A DNA stretch of 64,000 nt, taken from contig OZ246419.1 of NCBI GenBank assembly GCA_965231135.1, positions 385,488 to 449,487 of the forward strand, in the 5' to 3' direction. The translations under genes were made by a program, and so were the position numbers. Shown piece after piece: positions 38,496-47,753 of the stretch (the first letter of the stretch is position 1; each line of letters begins with the position of its first letter). The notes beneath the pieces were generated by a model, which saw only the letters and a program-made list of their open reading frames with translations, had not been told where the DNA came from and searched no databases. Source of the DNA: an uncultured Gammaproteobacteria bacterium. Lineage in GTDB: Bacteria > Patescibacteriota > Microgenomatia > UBA8517.

Positions 38496-40073
38496 ATGCT
38501 TGTTGAGGATAAAAGAAATTTAGAGAAACAACTTTGGGCAGTTGCCAATGTTCTTCGAGGAAAAATGAATGCGGATGAATATAAAAATTATATTCTAGGC
38601 TTTATTTTTTACAAATACCTTTCTGAAAAACTTGAACGCTTTATAAACGATAAACTTCTTTCTAGAGAGAACTATAAATTTTCTGGAATTGGGGGAAACA
38701 CCCAAAAAGATAGGGATGTTTTAAAAGCAGTAGAACATGCCTGTGTAGAGCAGCTAGGATACTTTTTGAGACCCAGAGAACTGTTTTTGTATTTAGTCAA
38801 AAAAGGCAACCGGGAAATTAAAGGACAGGAAAACTTCATACTTGAAGATCTTAAAAGTGTTTTAAACACAATTGAACAAACATCAATGGGAACAGCGAGT
38901 GAAGATGATTTTAAAGGTTTGTTTGATGATGTAGATTTAACTTCTTCAAAACTTGGGAAAACTGAGACTAAGAAAAATGAGGTAATTGTTGAAGTCTTAA
39001 CATTGCTTTCTGGAATTGATTTTAAATTGGAAGATACCAAAAGCGATCTTTTGGGAGATGCTTATGAATATTTGATTGGAGAGTTTGCGGCAGGTGCTGG
39101 TAAAAAGGGAGGGGAATTTTATACACCTGCTCAAGTTTCAAGATTATTGTCGAAAATTGTTACTGAAGGAAAACAAAGAATTAAATCGGTTTATGATCCG
39201 ACATGTGGTTCAGGGTCGCTTCTTCTTCGCGTTGGGGATTTTGCACAAATTGTTGATTATTACGGACAGGAATTAAACCCTACAACTTACAATTTGGCAC
39301 GTATGAATATGATCCTTCATGGAGTTCGTTTTGACCATTTTAGTATTAGGCATGGCGATACGCTAACTGATGACATGCATCAAGATTTACAAGCTGAAGC
39401 AGTTGTTGCTAATCCTCCATTTTCAGCAGATTGGGAGAGTAATAAAAATCCTTTGCTTGAACAGGATGAGCGGTTTTCTCAGTACGGAAGATTAGCTCCA
39501 AAGGGATATGCGGATTATGCGTTTGTGACCCATATGATTTATCATTTGGCAGATAACGGCGTAATGGCAGTAGTTCTTCCCCATGGAGCACTCTTTAGGG
39601 GAGGAGCAGAAGGCCAAATACGAAAGCACATAATTGAAAGACAAAATTATCTGGATGCAGTGATAGGGCTTCCGGCAAATCTTTTTTATGGCACTTCAAT
39701 TCCAGCTTGTATCCTAATTTTCAAAAAATGCAGAAAAGAAGATCAAGATATTTTATTTATTGACGCCTCGAAAGAGTTTGAAAAAGGAAAAAATCAAAAT
39801 AAATTAACAGATGAAAATATCGAGAAGATTTTTGAGACTTATAGAAATAGAAAAGAATTAAAAAGATATTCTCACAGAGCAAGTTTGAATGAAATAAAAG
39901 AAAATGAATATAACCTAAATATTCCAAGATATGTAGATACCTTTGAGCCAGAACCGGAAATTGATATAGAAAAAGTTGCAAAAGAAATTAAGACTTTGGA
40001 AATAGATGAAGTGAAACTTCAAGGAAAAATAGCAGAATTTTGCAAAGAATTAAAAATAGAAATCCCTTTTTGA
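38496..40073 (+). CDS. hsdM: Type I restriction-modification system, DNA methyltransferase subunit M
   Basis: N-terminal HsdM_N-like helical domain (LWAVANVLRGKMNADEYKNYILGFIFYKYLSE). AdoMet motif YDPTCGSGSLL. Catalytic NPPF (VVANPPFS). Confidence 0.9.
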   Translation: MLVEDKRNLEKQLWAVANVLRGKMNADEYKNYILGFIFYKYLSEKLERFINDKLLSRENYKFSGIGGNTQKDRDVLKAVEHACVEQLGYFLRPRELFLYLVKKGNREIKGQENFILEDLKSVLNTIEQTSMGTASEDDFKGLFDDVDLTSSKLGKTETKKNEVIVEVLTLLSGIDFKLEDTKSDLLGDAYEYLIGEFAAGAGKKGGEFYTPAQVSRLLSKIVTEGKQRIKSVYDPTCGSGSLLLRVGDFAQIVDYYGQELNPTTYNLARMNMILHGVRFDHFSIRHGDTLTDDMHQDLQAEAVVANPPFSADWESNKNPLLEQDERFSQYGRLAPKGYADYAFVTHMIYHLADNGVMAVVLPHGALFRGGAEGQIRKHIIERQNYLDAVIGLPANLFYGTSIPACILIFKKCRKEDQDILFIDASKEFEKGKNQNKLTDENIEKIFETYRNRKELKRYSHRASLNEIKENEYNLNIPRYVDTFEPEPEIDIEKVAKEIKTLEIDEVKLQGKIAEFCKELKIEIPF

Positions 40074-40074
40074 T

Positions 40075-40917
40075 ATGAAGCGAAACACCAAACTTGCGAT
40101 GTCAGTCCATGAGAGTAATATAAATGTTGCTAAAGTAGGAGCTGAAGATTATATCTGTTTAACAGATATGGCTCGTAGTGCTGGTGCGGATAGAGCACTT
40201 CACAGTTGGCTAAGATCAAAAAACACAATAGATTTCTTGGGGTTTTGGGAGAAGATAAATAACCCTGATTTTAAAATACACGAATTCGTGTATTTTAAAA
40301 ATAATGCAGGTTCGAATAGCTTTAATCCATCAGTTGCTGATTGGATATTGAAGACAGGTGCAAAAGGTATTTTTTCTAAAAAAGGACGGTATGGTGGAAC
40401 ATACGCACACAAAGATATCGCTTTTGAGTTTGGAAGTTGGCTGAGTCCTGAGTTTAAGTTGTTGATAATTACAGAATTTCAAAGGTTGAAGGAGCGTGAG
40501 CAGAAATTTGCACGATGGGATGCACATAGATATTTGAGTAGAGTCAACTACAAGTTGCACACTGATTCTATTAAAAATGTGCTGCTACCATTTCTCCAAT
40601 TAGCTAAATCAGACGAAACATTTGTATATATAGATGAGGCAGATCTTTTGAACAAAATTGTATTTGGTCAAACTGCTTCAGAATGGAGAGCCAAAAATAA
40701 GAAATTGACAAAATCAGGACGAAATCAACGAGATTATGCATCCTCTCAGGAATTAGTTATACTTGCAAACCTGGAAAATTTGAATGCACATTTTATAAAT
40801 GAAAAGAAAACGCAAAAGGAGAGGGTGACACTTTTGATAGACTCGGCAGAAAGGCAATTACGAACTTTTATTAAAGAAGACGAAGAAGAGCAAAAACTTT
40901 TAGAAGCAAAGAAATAA
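40075..40917 (+). CDS. KilA-N domain-containing protein embedded in the Type I R-M operon
   Basis: N-terminal region (VAKVGAEDYICLTDMARSAG....SWLRSKNTIDFLGFWE) matches the KilA-N DNA-binding domain. The C-terminal half is helical. It starts 2 nt after the hsdM stop. Confidence 0.55.
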   Translation: MKRNTKLAMSVHESNINVAKVGAEDYICLTDMARSAGADRALHSWLRSKNTIDFLGFWEKINNPDFKIHEFVYFKNNAGSNSFNPSVADWILKTGAKGIFSKKGRYGGTYAHKDIAFEFGSWLSPEFKLLIITEFQRLKEREQKFARWDAHRYLSRVNYKLHTDSIKNVLLPFLQLAKSDETFVYIDEADLLNKIVFGQTASEWRAKNKKLTKSGRNQRDYASSQELVILANLENLNAHFINEKKTQKERVTLLIDSAERQLRTFIKEDEEEQKLLEAKK

Positions 40918-40919
40918 AC

Positions 40920-42143
40920 ATGATGATTAAAATTCCCAAACTCAGATTTCCTGAATTTAGTGGGGAGTGGGAAGAAAAAAAAATGGGGGATGTAGTGTGG
41001 CGAATTAAGACAGGAGTAAGTGTCAATTCTGAAGAAAGATTAAAGTTAACTAGCGAGTTGGGTATTTTAAAAACAAGTGCAGTTTTTAAAAGAAAATTTA
41101 AGCCTTATGAGCATAAAACTATTTTGTTGAGTGAGAATAAGAGAGCAAAAATTAATCCTAAAAAGGGAACTGTAATTGTTAGTAGGATGAACACCCCCGG
41201 TTTAGTAGGTGAAAGTGCCTATGTTTATGAAGACCATGACGATTTATATCTTCCTGATCGACTTTGGCTAGTTGAGTTTAATAAATATAGCAATGGTGAA
41301 TTTATAAGCTTTCTGATTTCAGAAGGTAAAATTAGAAGTAAGTTATCGACTATTGCTACAGGCACGAGTAATAGTATGAAAAATATTTCGCAACCTGGGT
41401 TTTTGGCAATTCGTATTTCTTTACCAAATTCAGATGAACAACAGAAAATTGCCTTATTTTTAACTTCTGTAGATTCTTGGATTGAAAGCCTTAAAAAACA
41501 ACAGGAGGAATTAGAAAAATACAAAAAAGGCATGATGCAAAAGATTTTTAGTCAAAAAATAAGATATAAAGATGATAATGGTAAAAATTTTCCTAAATGG
41601 GAAGAAAATAAATTAGGAGATTTGTTTGACGAATGCAACGACAGAAAAGAAAATCAAAGTTTTGAAATGTTATCTATTTCGCAAAGTAAGGGCATTGTTA
41701 AGCAAGATACAACAATTAAGAAAGATAGTTCTAGTTTAGACAAATCCAAGTATAAAATAGTTCGAGTTGGAGACATAGCATATAACACCATGCGTATGTG
41801 GCAAGGTGCGTCTGCTGTTTCTAGTTTTGATGGCATAGTGAGTCCTGCATATACAGTTGTTAGACCTAAAAAAGGCAATGTTATTTTTTTTGGATATCTT
41901 TTTAAATATCCTCGAATAGTGTTTAATTTTTATAGATATTCTCAAGGGCTTACATCAGATACTTGGAACCTTAAATTTAAGCATTTTTCTGAAATAATTG
42001 TGACAATACCTGCGAGTACTAAAGAGCAAGAAAAAATTGCCAATTTCTTGACTTCAATTGATAATCTTCTACAATCCAAGCAACAGCAAATTTCTATGGC
42101 AGAAAATTGGAAAAAAGGCTTAATGCAAAGGATGTTTGTATAA
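40920..42143 (+). CDS. hsdS: Type I restriction-modification system, specificity subunit S (two target-recognition domains)
   Basis: Conserved N-terminal LRFPEFSGEWEE, a central repeat LPNSDEQQKIALFLTSVDSWIESLKKQQEELEKYKKGMMQKIF and a C-terminal repeat STKEQEKIANFLTSIDNLLQSKQQQISMAENWKKGLMQRMF. Confidence 0.85.
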   Translation: MMIKIPKLRFPEFSGEWEEKKMGDVVWRIKTGVSVNSEERLKLTSELGILKTSAVFKRKFKPYEHKTILLSENKRAKINPKKGTVIVSRMNTPGLVGESAYVYEDHDDLYLPDRLWLVEFNKYSNGEFISFLISEGKIRSKLSTIATGTSNSMKNISQPGFLAIRISLPNSDEQQKIALFLTSVDSWIESLKKQQEELEKYKKGMMQKIFSQKIRYKDDNGKNFPKWEENKLGDLFDECNDRKENQSFEMLSISQSKGIVKQDTTIKKDSSSLDKSKYKIVRVGDIAYNTMRMWQGASAVSSFDGIVSPAYTVVRPKKGNVIFFGYLFKYPRIVFNFYRYSQGLTSDTWNLKFKHFSEIIVTIPASTKEQEKIANFLTSIDNLLQSKQQQISMAENWKKGLMQRMFV

Positions 42144-42145
42144 AT

Positions 42146-42820
42146 ATGGCTAAATCAAAATTTTATCCTCCAAAATTTAACGAAGGTCAATTTCATTGTC
42201 CTCACTGCGGTGTTTATGCAAAACAATTTTGGGCGCATATAAGGGCAACGAATCTACATTTTTCCGATTTTGTTATCAGAAACAATACTCCTTTTGATGA
42301 AGCACTTTCTGTAGAGTGGAGAATTTCTAGATGTGAACATTGCGGAAATTATATGTTTTGGTTGAATCAAGACATCGTTTATCCAGATAAAATTTCAGTA
42401 GACGATCCGAATGATGATTTAAATCCAGATATAAAAAGAGACTATAAAGAAGCAGCGGAGATACTTCATAAATCTCCTAGGGGCTCGGCTGCACTTCTGC
42501 GACTGTCATTACAAAAATTATTAAAACAACTTGGTGAAGAAGGAAATAATATTAATGAAGATATAAAGAAATTAATCGCTAACGGACTTAATCCTACGAT
42601 TCAGAAAGCACTTGATTATGTAAGGATAACAGGAAACAACGCAGTTCACCCTGGACAAATTGATCTTTCTGATAATAAAGATATAGCGTTAAAACTTTTT
42701 GAGGTTATTAACTTTATCGCTGAAAAGACGATTAGTGAACCAAAAGAAGTTAACAGATTGTTCGACAGTCTCCCTGAAGATGAAAAAGAAAAAATTAAAA
42801 AGAGAGACAATCAAAACTAA
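42146..42820 (+). CDS. DUF4145-like protein with N-terminal double CxxC zinc ribbon, embedded between hsdS and hsdR
   Basis: CPHCG...CEHCG zinc-ribbon spacing. The helical C-terminal region (AAEILHKSPRGSAALLRLSLQKLLKQLG...ALDYVRITGNNAVH) resembles DUF4145, which is often seen in Type I R-M loci. It starts 2 nt after the hsdS stop and ends 1 nt before the hsdR start. Confidence 0.45.
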   Translation: MAKSKFYPPKFNEGQFHCPHCGVYAKQFWAHIRATNLHFSDFVIRNNTPFDEALSVEWRISRCEHCGNYMFWLNQDIVYPDKISVDDPNDDLNPDIKRDYKEAAEILHKSPRGSAALLRLSLQKLLKQLGEEGNNINEDIKKLIANGLNPTIQKALDYVRITGNNAVHPGQIDLSDNKDIALKLFEVINFIAEKTISEPKEVNRLFDSLPEDEKEKIKKRDNQN

Positions 42821-42821
42821 C

Positions 42822-45614
42822 ATGACCACACAATCTGAAGCACAACTAGAACTGGAACTTATACAACAGCTTAATAAGCTGGGGTTTGAGAGTGTTACAA
42901 TTCCTGACTCCACCGCTTTAATAACAAATCTTAAACTTCAACTTGAAAAGTTTAATGAAACTAAACTTACTGACAGGGAATTTGAGAAAATTCTTAATCA
43001 TCTTATGCATGGTGATAGATTTGATAAAGGTAAAACTTTGCGTGATAGATTTTTATTGCACCGAGATGATGAGACAACTTTTTATATTCGCTTTTTTAAT
43101 ATGGATCAGTGGTGCCGTAATGTTTATCAAGTTGCTCATCAGATAACGCAAATGGGGAATTATAAAAATAGATATGATGTAACGCTTCTTGTGAATGGAC
43201 TTCCACTTGTTCAAATAGAATTAAAGAGGCGAGGCGTTGAAATGAAAGAAGCCTTTAATCAGATAAATCGCTATCAGAGAAATACTTTTACTGGAACTTT
43301 GTTTGAATATATTCAAATATTTGTAATTAGTAATGGCGTAAATACGAAATATTTTGCTAATAATCCAAGGCAATTTTTTGAACAAACTTTCTTTTGGACA
43401 GATGAGAAGAACAGGAAAATTACAAAGTTAAACGAATTTGCTGATGTATTTTTAGAAAAATGTAACCTTTCAGAAATGATTGCTGAATATATTGTTTTAG
43501 CCGAAGCCAAAGATAGGACAATGATGATTTTGCGGCCCTATCAGTATTATGCAGTGAAGGCTATCCAAAAACGAGTTCGTGAAGGAAATAAAAATGGATA
43601 TATCTGGCATACAACTGGATCAGGAAAGACTTTAACTTCTTTTAAAACTAGCCAAATACTTTCTAGAATTCCTGAAGTTAAAAAAATACTTTTTGTAGTT
43701 GATAGAAAAGATTTAGATATTCAGACAACTAAAGAATTTAACTCTTTTTCCAAAGATTCTGTGGACGGGACAGAAAATACTAAAAATTTAGTTAAGCAGC
43801 TGAAAGATAAAAATAGAAAATTAATTGTTACAACAATTCAAAAACTGGATGTTGCTATAAGGCGCGAAAAATATTTGGACCAGTTTGCTTATTTGCAAGA
43901 CGAAAAAGTGATAATTATTTTTGATGAATGTCACAGAAGTCAGTTTGGTCTGACAAATGCGCGAATTAGAAATTTTTTCCATAACGCCCAGATGTTTGGG
44001 TTTACAGGCACTCCGATTTTTGCAGAAAACAACATTGGTGGGGTAACCACTGCAGATGTGTTTGGAGAATGCTTGCATAAATATGTTATTACTCATGCAA
44101 TTGAAGATAAAAATGTTTTAGGATTTGCTGTTGAGTATGTTGGTAAATATAAACAAAAGTTTCCAGATACTGTATATATGGATAATTTTGTTGATCCTAC
44201 GGTTTCAGGAATTGATACTAAAGAGGTTTTAGAAAGTGATGATAGGGTTTCGAAAATTACGGATTATATTTTGAGTGATTGGAAAAAGAAAACAAAGAAT
44301 GGAAAATTTAATGCTTTTTTTGCGGTTTCTAACATTGAAGTTTTGAAAAAATATTATAAGCATCTAAAGACCCGAAAACCTGAAGATTTTAAGCTTGCAA
44401 CAATTTTTACATATCAGGCAAATGAAGAAGAATCAACAGATATGCTTGATGTTGATGTTTTTGCAGAAGGGGCTGTAAATGAACAGTCCCGGGAATTTTT
44501 AGAAAAATGTATTAAAGACTATAACGAAGTTTTTGGAACAAATTTTTCTACTGATAAGTTTTATAATTATTACAAAGATTTACAAAAAAGAATTAAAGAT
44601 AAAGAGGTAGATTTAGTGTTGGTTGTAAACATGTTTTTAACTGGATTTGATAGTGCAAGGCTTAATACTTTATATGTTGATAAAAACCTTCGTTATCATG
44701 GACTTATTCAAGCATACTCAAGAACAAATAGACTTTTGAATGCTGATAAACCTCATGGAAATATTGTAACATTTCGGAATTTAAAAGAAGCTACTGACCA
44801 AGCACTTGCTTTGTTTGGCGATGAGAACGCAAGGGAAATTGTATTCAAAAAACCATATGAAGAACAAAAGATAGAGTTTGAAATCAAACTACAAGAACTT
44901 AGAGAAAAGACTCCAACAGTAGAATCAGTAGATAATTTGCAGGGAGATGAAGAAAAAGCTTCTTTTGTTAAAACATTTCGTGATTTGCTTAGAATAAAAT
45001 CGTCCTTGGAAACCTTTGCCGAATTTTCTTTTGACAATCTTGGAATAACAGAACAGGAATTTTATGATTATCAAAGTAAATATTTAGATATTTATGAAAA
45101 AAGGAAAAACCAAACTGAAGAAGAATCGGTTCTTGATCAAATTGATTTTGAAATTGAGTTAACAGTGCGTGATATTATTGATTTTGATTATATTATTAAA
45201 CTTATTGCGGGACTTAAAGATATTACTTCCAAAGCTCTTCGTGAGAAGAAAACCGAAGAGATACTCAAACTATTTGATCATAGCGTAAAGCTTCGAAGCA
45301 AAAAGGAGCTAATAAGAAAGTTTATTGAGGAGAATTTACCTAAGGTTGTTGATTCTGGCAAGGCAGAAGACGCATTTGAAAACTTTTGGAATAGTGAGCG
45401 ATCAAAACAACTTAAAGAAATTGCAATAAAGGAAAACATCCAAGAAGAAAAATTTGAAAAATTAATTAGTGAATATTTATATACTCAAAAACTGCCAAGC
45501 GGCCAAGATATTGTTGATTCATTGCCTCAAACACCGCATATTCTAGAAAGACAAGGGATTATCGACAGAATCAAAACAGCAATAGAAAAAATTGTAGAAA
45601 TATTTGAGTGGTGA
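42822..45614 (+). CDS. hsdR: Type I restriction-modification system, restriction subunit R
   Basis: N-terminal PD-(D/E)XK nuclease core (YDVTLLVNGLPLVQIELKRRG). SF2 helicase motif I HTTGSGKTLTS, motif II DECHRSQ, and motif III/VI regions. About 930 aa. Confidence 0.9.
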   Translation: MTTQSEAQLELELIQQLNKLGFESVTIPDSTALITNLKLQLEKFNETKLTDREFEKILNHLMHGDRFDKGKTLRDRFLLHRDDETTFYIRFFNMDQWCRNVYQVAHQITQMGNYKNRYDVTLLVNGLPLVQIELKRRGVEMKEAFNQINRYQRNTFTGTLFEYIQIFVISNGVNTKYFANNPRQFFEQTFFWTDEKNRKITKLNEFADVFLEKCNLSEMIAEYIVLAEAKDRTMMILRPYQYYAVKAIQKRVREGNKNGYIWHTTGSGKTLTSFKTSQILSRIPEVKKILFVVDRKDLDIQTTKEFNSFSKDSVDGTENTKNLVKQLKDKNRKLIVTTIQKLDVAIRREKYLDQFAYLQDEKVIIIFDECHRSQFGLTNARIRNFFHNAQMFGFTGTPIFAENNIGGVTTADVFGECLHKYVITHAIEDKNVLGFAVEYVGKYKQKFPDTVYMDNFVDPTVSGIDTKEVLESDDRVSKITDYILSDWKKKTKNGKFNAFFAVSNIEVLKKYYKHLKTRKPEDFKLATIFTYQANEEESTDMLDVDVFAEGAVNEQSREFLEKCIKDYNEVFGTNFSTDKFYNYYKDLQKRIKDKEVDLVLVVNMFLTGFDSARLNTLYVDKNLRYHGLIQAYSRTNRLLNADKPHGNIVTFRNLKEATDQALALFGDENAREIVFKKPYEEQKIEFEIKLQELREKTPTVESVDNLQGDEEKASFVKTFRDLLRIKSSLETFAEFSFDNLGITEQEFYDYQSKYLDIYEKRKNQTEEESVLDQIDFEIELTVRDIIDFDYIIKLIAGLKDITSKALREKKTEEILKLFDHSVKLRSKKELIRKFIEENLPKVVDSGKAEDAFENFWNSERSKQLKEIAIKENIQEEKFEKLISEYLYTQKLPSGQDIVDSLPQTPHILERQGIIDRIKTAIEKIVEIFEW

Positions 45615-45616
45615 AA

Positions 45617-46318
45617 ATGAATATAAAAACCATTGGAGAGTTTGGTGAGAAATATGTGGGAGAATTTTTGGTGGCTGATATTGGCAGGAGAGATGAAATA
45701 AAAAGTGATTGGTATGAGGGGTTGAAGTTTTTCTTTTCTAAGTCGTTTTATAGAGGAAGGAAGGATGAAATTTCTGAAAATTTTCAGAAACGTGCGATGG
45801 AAGTTGTAGAGAATTTTGACTTAAAAAATAATATTAAAAGATTTAAATCGAGTGAATTTGAGGAGCTTTTGGTTGCAAATAAAGTTAATAATAGGGTTGA
45901 TAGAAGAATGATTTGTCAGACAATAGAAATGATCAGACACAACAACGGAAGAAATATTGTTTTATATTCTATTGAACAAATTCATGATGGAAATATTTCT
46001 GGTGTTTATCAAGAATTATGTAATATTTACGGGGTTGCTGATAAGATTGCAACATTTTTTCTTCGAGATTTGGCTTTGGTTTTTGAATTAGAAAATGAAA
46101 TAAAAAAGCAAGATTTTATTTACTTTCAGCCAATTGATACATGGGTAAAGCAAGTTAGTGATAAACTTGGAGTTACTGAACCGAGAGATGACAGAGAAGT
46201 GACTAAAAGCAAAATAATAAATAAATGTTTAATTGAACACACATCTCCTCTTTTGTTTAATGCTGGAGCTTGGTATGTAGGTAAACATTCATTCGATATT
46301 CTTTTAAATTATGTCTGA
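45617..46318 (+). CDS. HhH-GPD superfamily-like DNA glycosylase (predicted)
   Basis: Helix-hairpin-helix-like segment LCNIYGVADKIATFFLRDLA, with a Lys where Nth-type bifunctional enzymes have their catalytic Lys. A downstream FQPIDTWVKQV resembles the PVDTHV Asp-containing loop of EndoIII/Ogg/AlkA-family enzymes. No Fe-S Cys cluster. Starts 2 nt after the hsdR stop. Confidence 0.4.
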   Translation: MNIKTIGEFGEKYVGEFLVADIGRRDEIKSDWYEGLKFFFSKSFYRGRKDEISENFQKRAMEVVENFDLKNNIKRFKSSEFEELLVANKVNNRVDRRMICQTIEMIRHNNGRNIVLYSIEQIHDGNISGVYQELCNIYGVADKIATFFLRDLALVFELENEIKKQDFIYFQPIDTWVKQVSDKLGVTEPRDDREVTKSKIINKCLIEHTSPLLFNAGAWYVGKHSFDILLNYV

Positions 46319-47069
46319 TTATTACAAACCAAACAGGAAAAGAAATATTTATGATCCGGAATCTCGCGAGCCTTTTCGGCTTAGCCGCTCTAAAATTGAT
46401 CTTTTTATAAATTGCCCGAGGTGTTTTTATTTGGATCGGCGACTTGGGGTTTCTCAACCTCCATCTTATCCGTTTTCTTTAAATAGTGCTGTTGATAAGC
46501 TTCTTAAAAAAGAATTTGATATTCACCGAAATGCAAAAACGCAGCATCCTTTAATGAAAGCGTATGGAATTGATGCAATTCCTCTAGCACACGAGAAAAT
46601 TGATGAATGGAGAGATTCATTAAGAAGAGGAGTAACTGCGCCAATAGATGGGACAAATGTGATTATTACTGGAGGAGTTGATGATGTGTGGGTAAACCTA
46701 GCTGGCGAGTTTATTATTGTTGACTACAAATCTACTTCAAAGGAGACGGAAGTTAATTTGGATGCTGATTGGCAGATAGCTTATAAAAGGCAAATGGAAG
46801 TTTATCAGTGGCTATTTCGTAAAAATGGATTTAAAGTTTCTGACACTGGATATTTTGTTTATTGTAACGGCAACACAGATAGAAAAGCATTTGATGCAAA
46901 GCTTGAATTTGATATCAAATTAATTGCCTATAAAGGGGATACTTCATGGATTGCAGAAACAATAATGAATGCAATCAATTGTTTGAAGTCTGATGAACTT
47001 CCAGAGTGTGGAGAGGCTTGTGATTATTGTGCTTATAGAAAAGCTGTGAAAGAATATGAGAAAGCTTAA
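46311..47069 (+). CDS. PD-(D/E)XK nuclease, Cas4/RecB-like with a four-Cys (Fe-S) cluster
   Basis: N-terminal Cys (INCPRCFY). Motif II GGVDDVWV, motif III IIVDYKS (D-x-K), QxxxY motif RQMEVYQW, and three C-terminal Cys (CGEACDYC). Overlaps the upstream gene by 8 nt. Confidence 0.6.
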   Translation: MSDYYKPNRKRNIYDPESREPFRLSRSKIDLFINCPRCFYLDRRLGVSQPPSYPFSLNSAVDKLLKKEFDIHRNAKTQHPLMKAYGIDAIPLAHEKIDEWRDSLRRGVTAPIDGTNVIITGGVDDVWVNLAGEFIIVDYKSTSKETEVNLDADWQIAYKRQMEVYQWLFRKNGFKVSDTGYFVYCNGNTDRKAFDAKLEFDIKLIAYKGDTSWIAETIMNAINCLKSDELPECGEACDYCAYRKAVKEYEKA

Positions 47070-47725
47070 CCTGTTTGTTCTGGATTTTTAACTTCTGGAA
47101 CTGGAGTTGCAAAGATATTATCAATTGAAGTATTTGGAATAATTAGATTTTTGCGATCGCAATTGACTGGTGGCTCTGTCCATAGTAATTTTCTCCAGTC
47201 TTTCTTTTTTGATGCAGCATCTTGCGCACTAAAATATTTATTACTTGCATCTTGAAGATTTTTTGCCGGAATTGTTGGATCAGTATTATTTTGACTATTT
47301 GGGTTTTCGAAGAGATTTTGAATGTACTCTGCGTCATCTCTTTGAGCTTTATACATATTGTATTGGAGAGTTGCTAAATCTTTGATATATTTTGGCTGAA
47401 ATATTTGGAATGCCCAGTTATTTATATATTTTGAATCTTTGTCTAACCAGTTATTTTCGAGGGGAATATATTTTTGAATACCTGAAATATAGTTATTGAA
47501 ATCTTGCATTGCTTCATCTTTTGAGCCATTATTGTTCATAACTTGCCACATCTGAAGATAAGAATTTTTATAAGCGATTAAGGCTGGATTTACATTATTA
47601 CATCTATCGTCGAAAATTTTTCCGTTTTCATCTGCTTGGGACTGGAGAATTCTTGAATATATAAATGTAGCTAACAGTAATATCAAGAAAGTCACACCGG
47701 TAATTTTTAGGATTTTCTTTTTCAT
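47066..47725 (-). CDS. secreted or membrane-anchored hypothetical protein
   Basis: N-terminal signal/TM (ITGVTFLILLLATFIYS), polar and Asn/Gln-rich. Convergent with the Cas4-like gene, overlapping it by 4 nt. Confidence 0.4.
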   Translation of the reverse strand: MKKKILKITGVTFLILLLATFIYSRILQSQADENGKIFDDRCNNVNPALIAYKNSYLQMWQVMNNNGSKDEAMQDFNNYISGIQKYIPLENNWLDKDSKYINNWAFQIFQPKYIKDLATLQYNMYKAQRDDAEYIQNLFENPNSQNNTDPTIPAKNLQDASNKYFSAQDAASKKKDWRKLLWTEPPVNCDRKNLIIPNTSIDNIFATPVPEVKNPEQTG

Positions 47726-47753
47726 CTTTATTTAGTAGAGTATAATTGGTTTT

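Noticed and set aside
40075-40917. KilA-N gene as evidence of a prophage
   Set aside because: No integrase, terminase, capsid or att-like repeats nearby. KilA-N domains also occur in non-phage contexts, here embedded in an hsd operon.
40975-40983. Homopolymer tracts in hsdS (A9 at 40975-40983; T8 at 41885-41892) as phase-variation switches
   Set aside because: A/T runs of 8-9 are common throughout this roughly 30% GC sequence (many A8-A9 tracts elsewhere). Without population data this is not evidence of slipped-strand phase variation.
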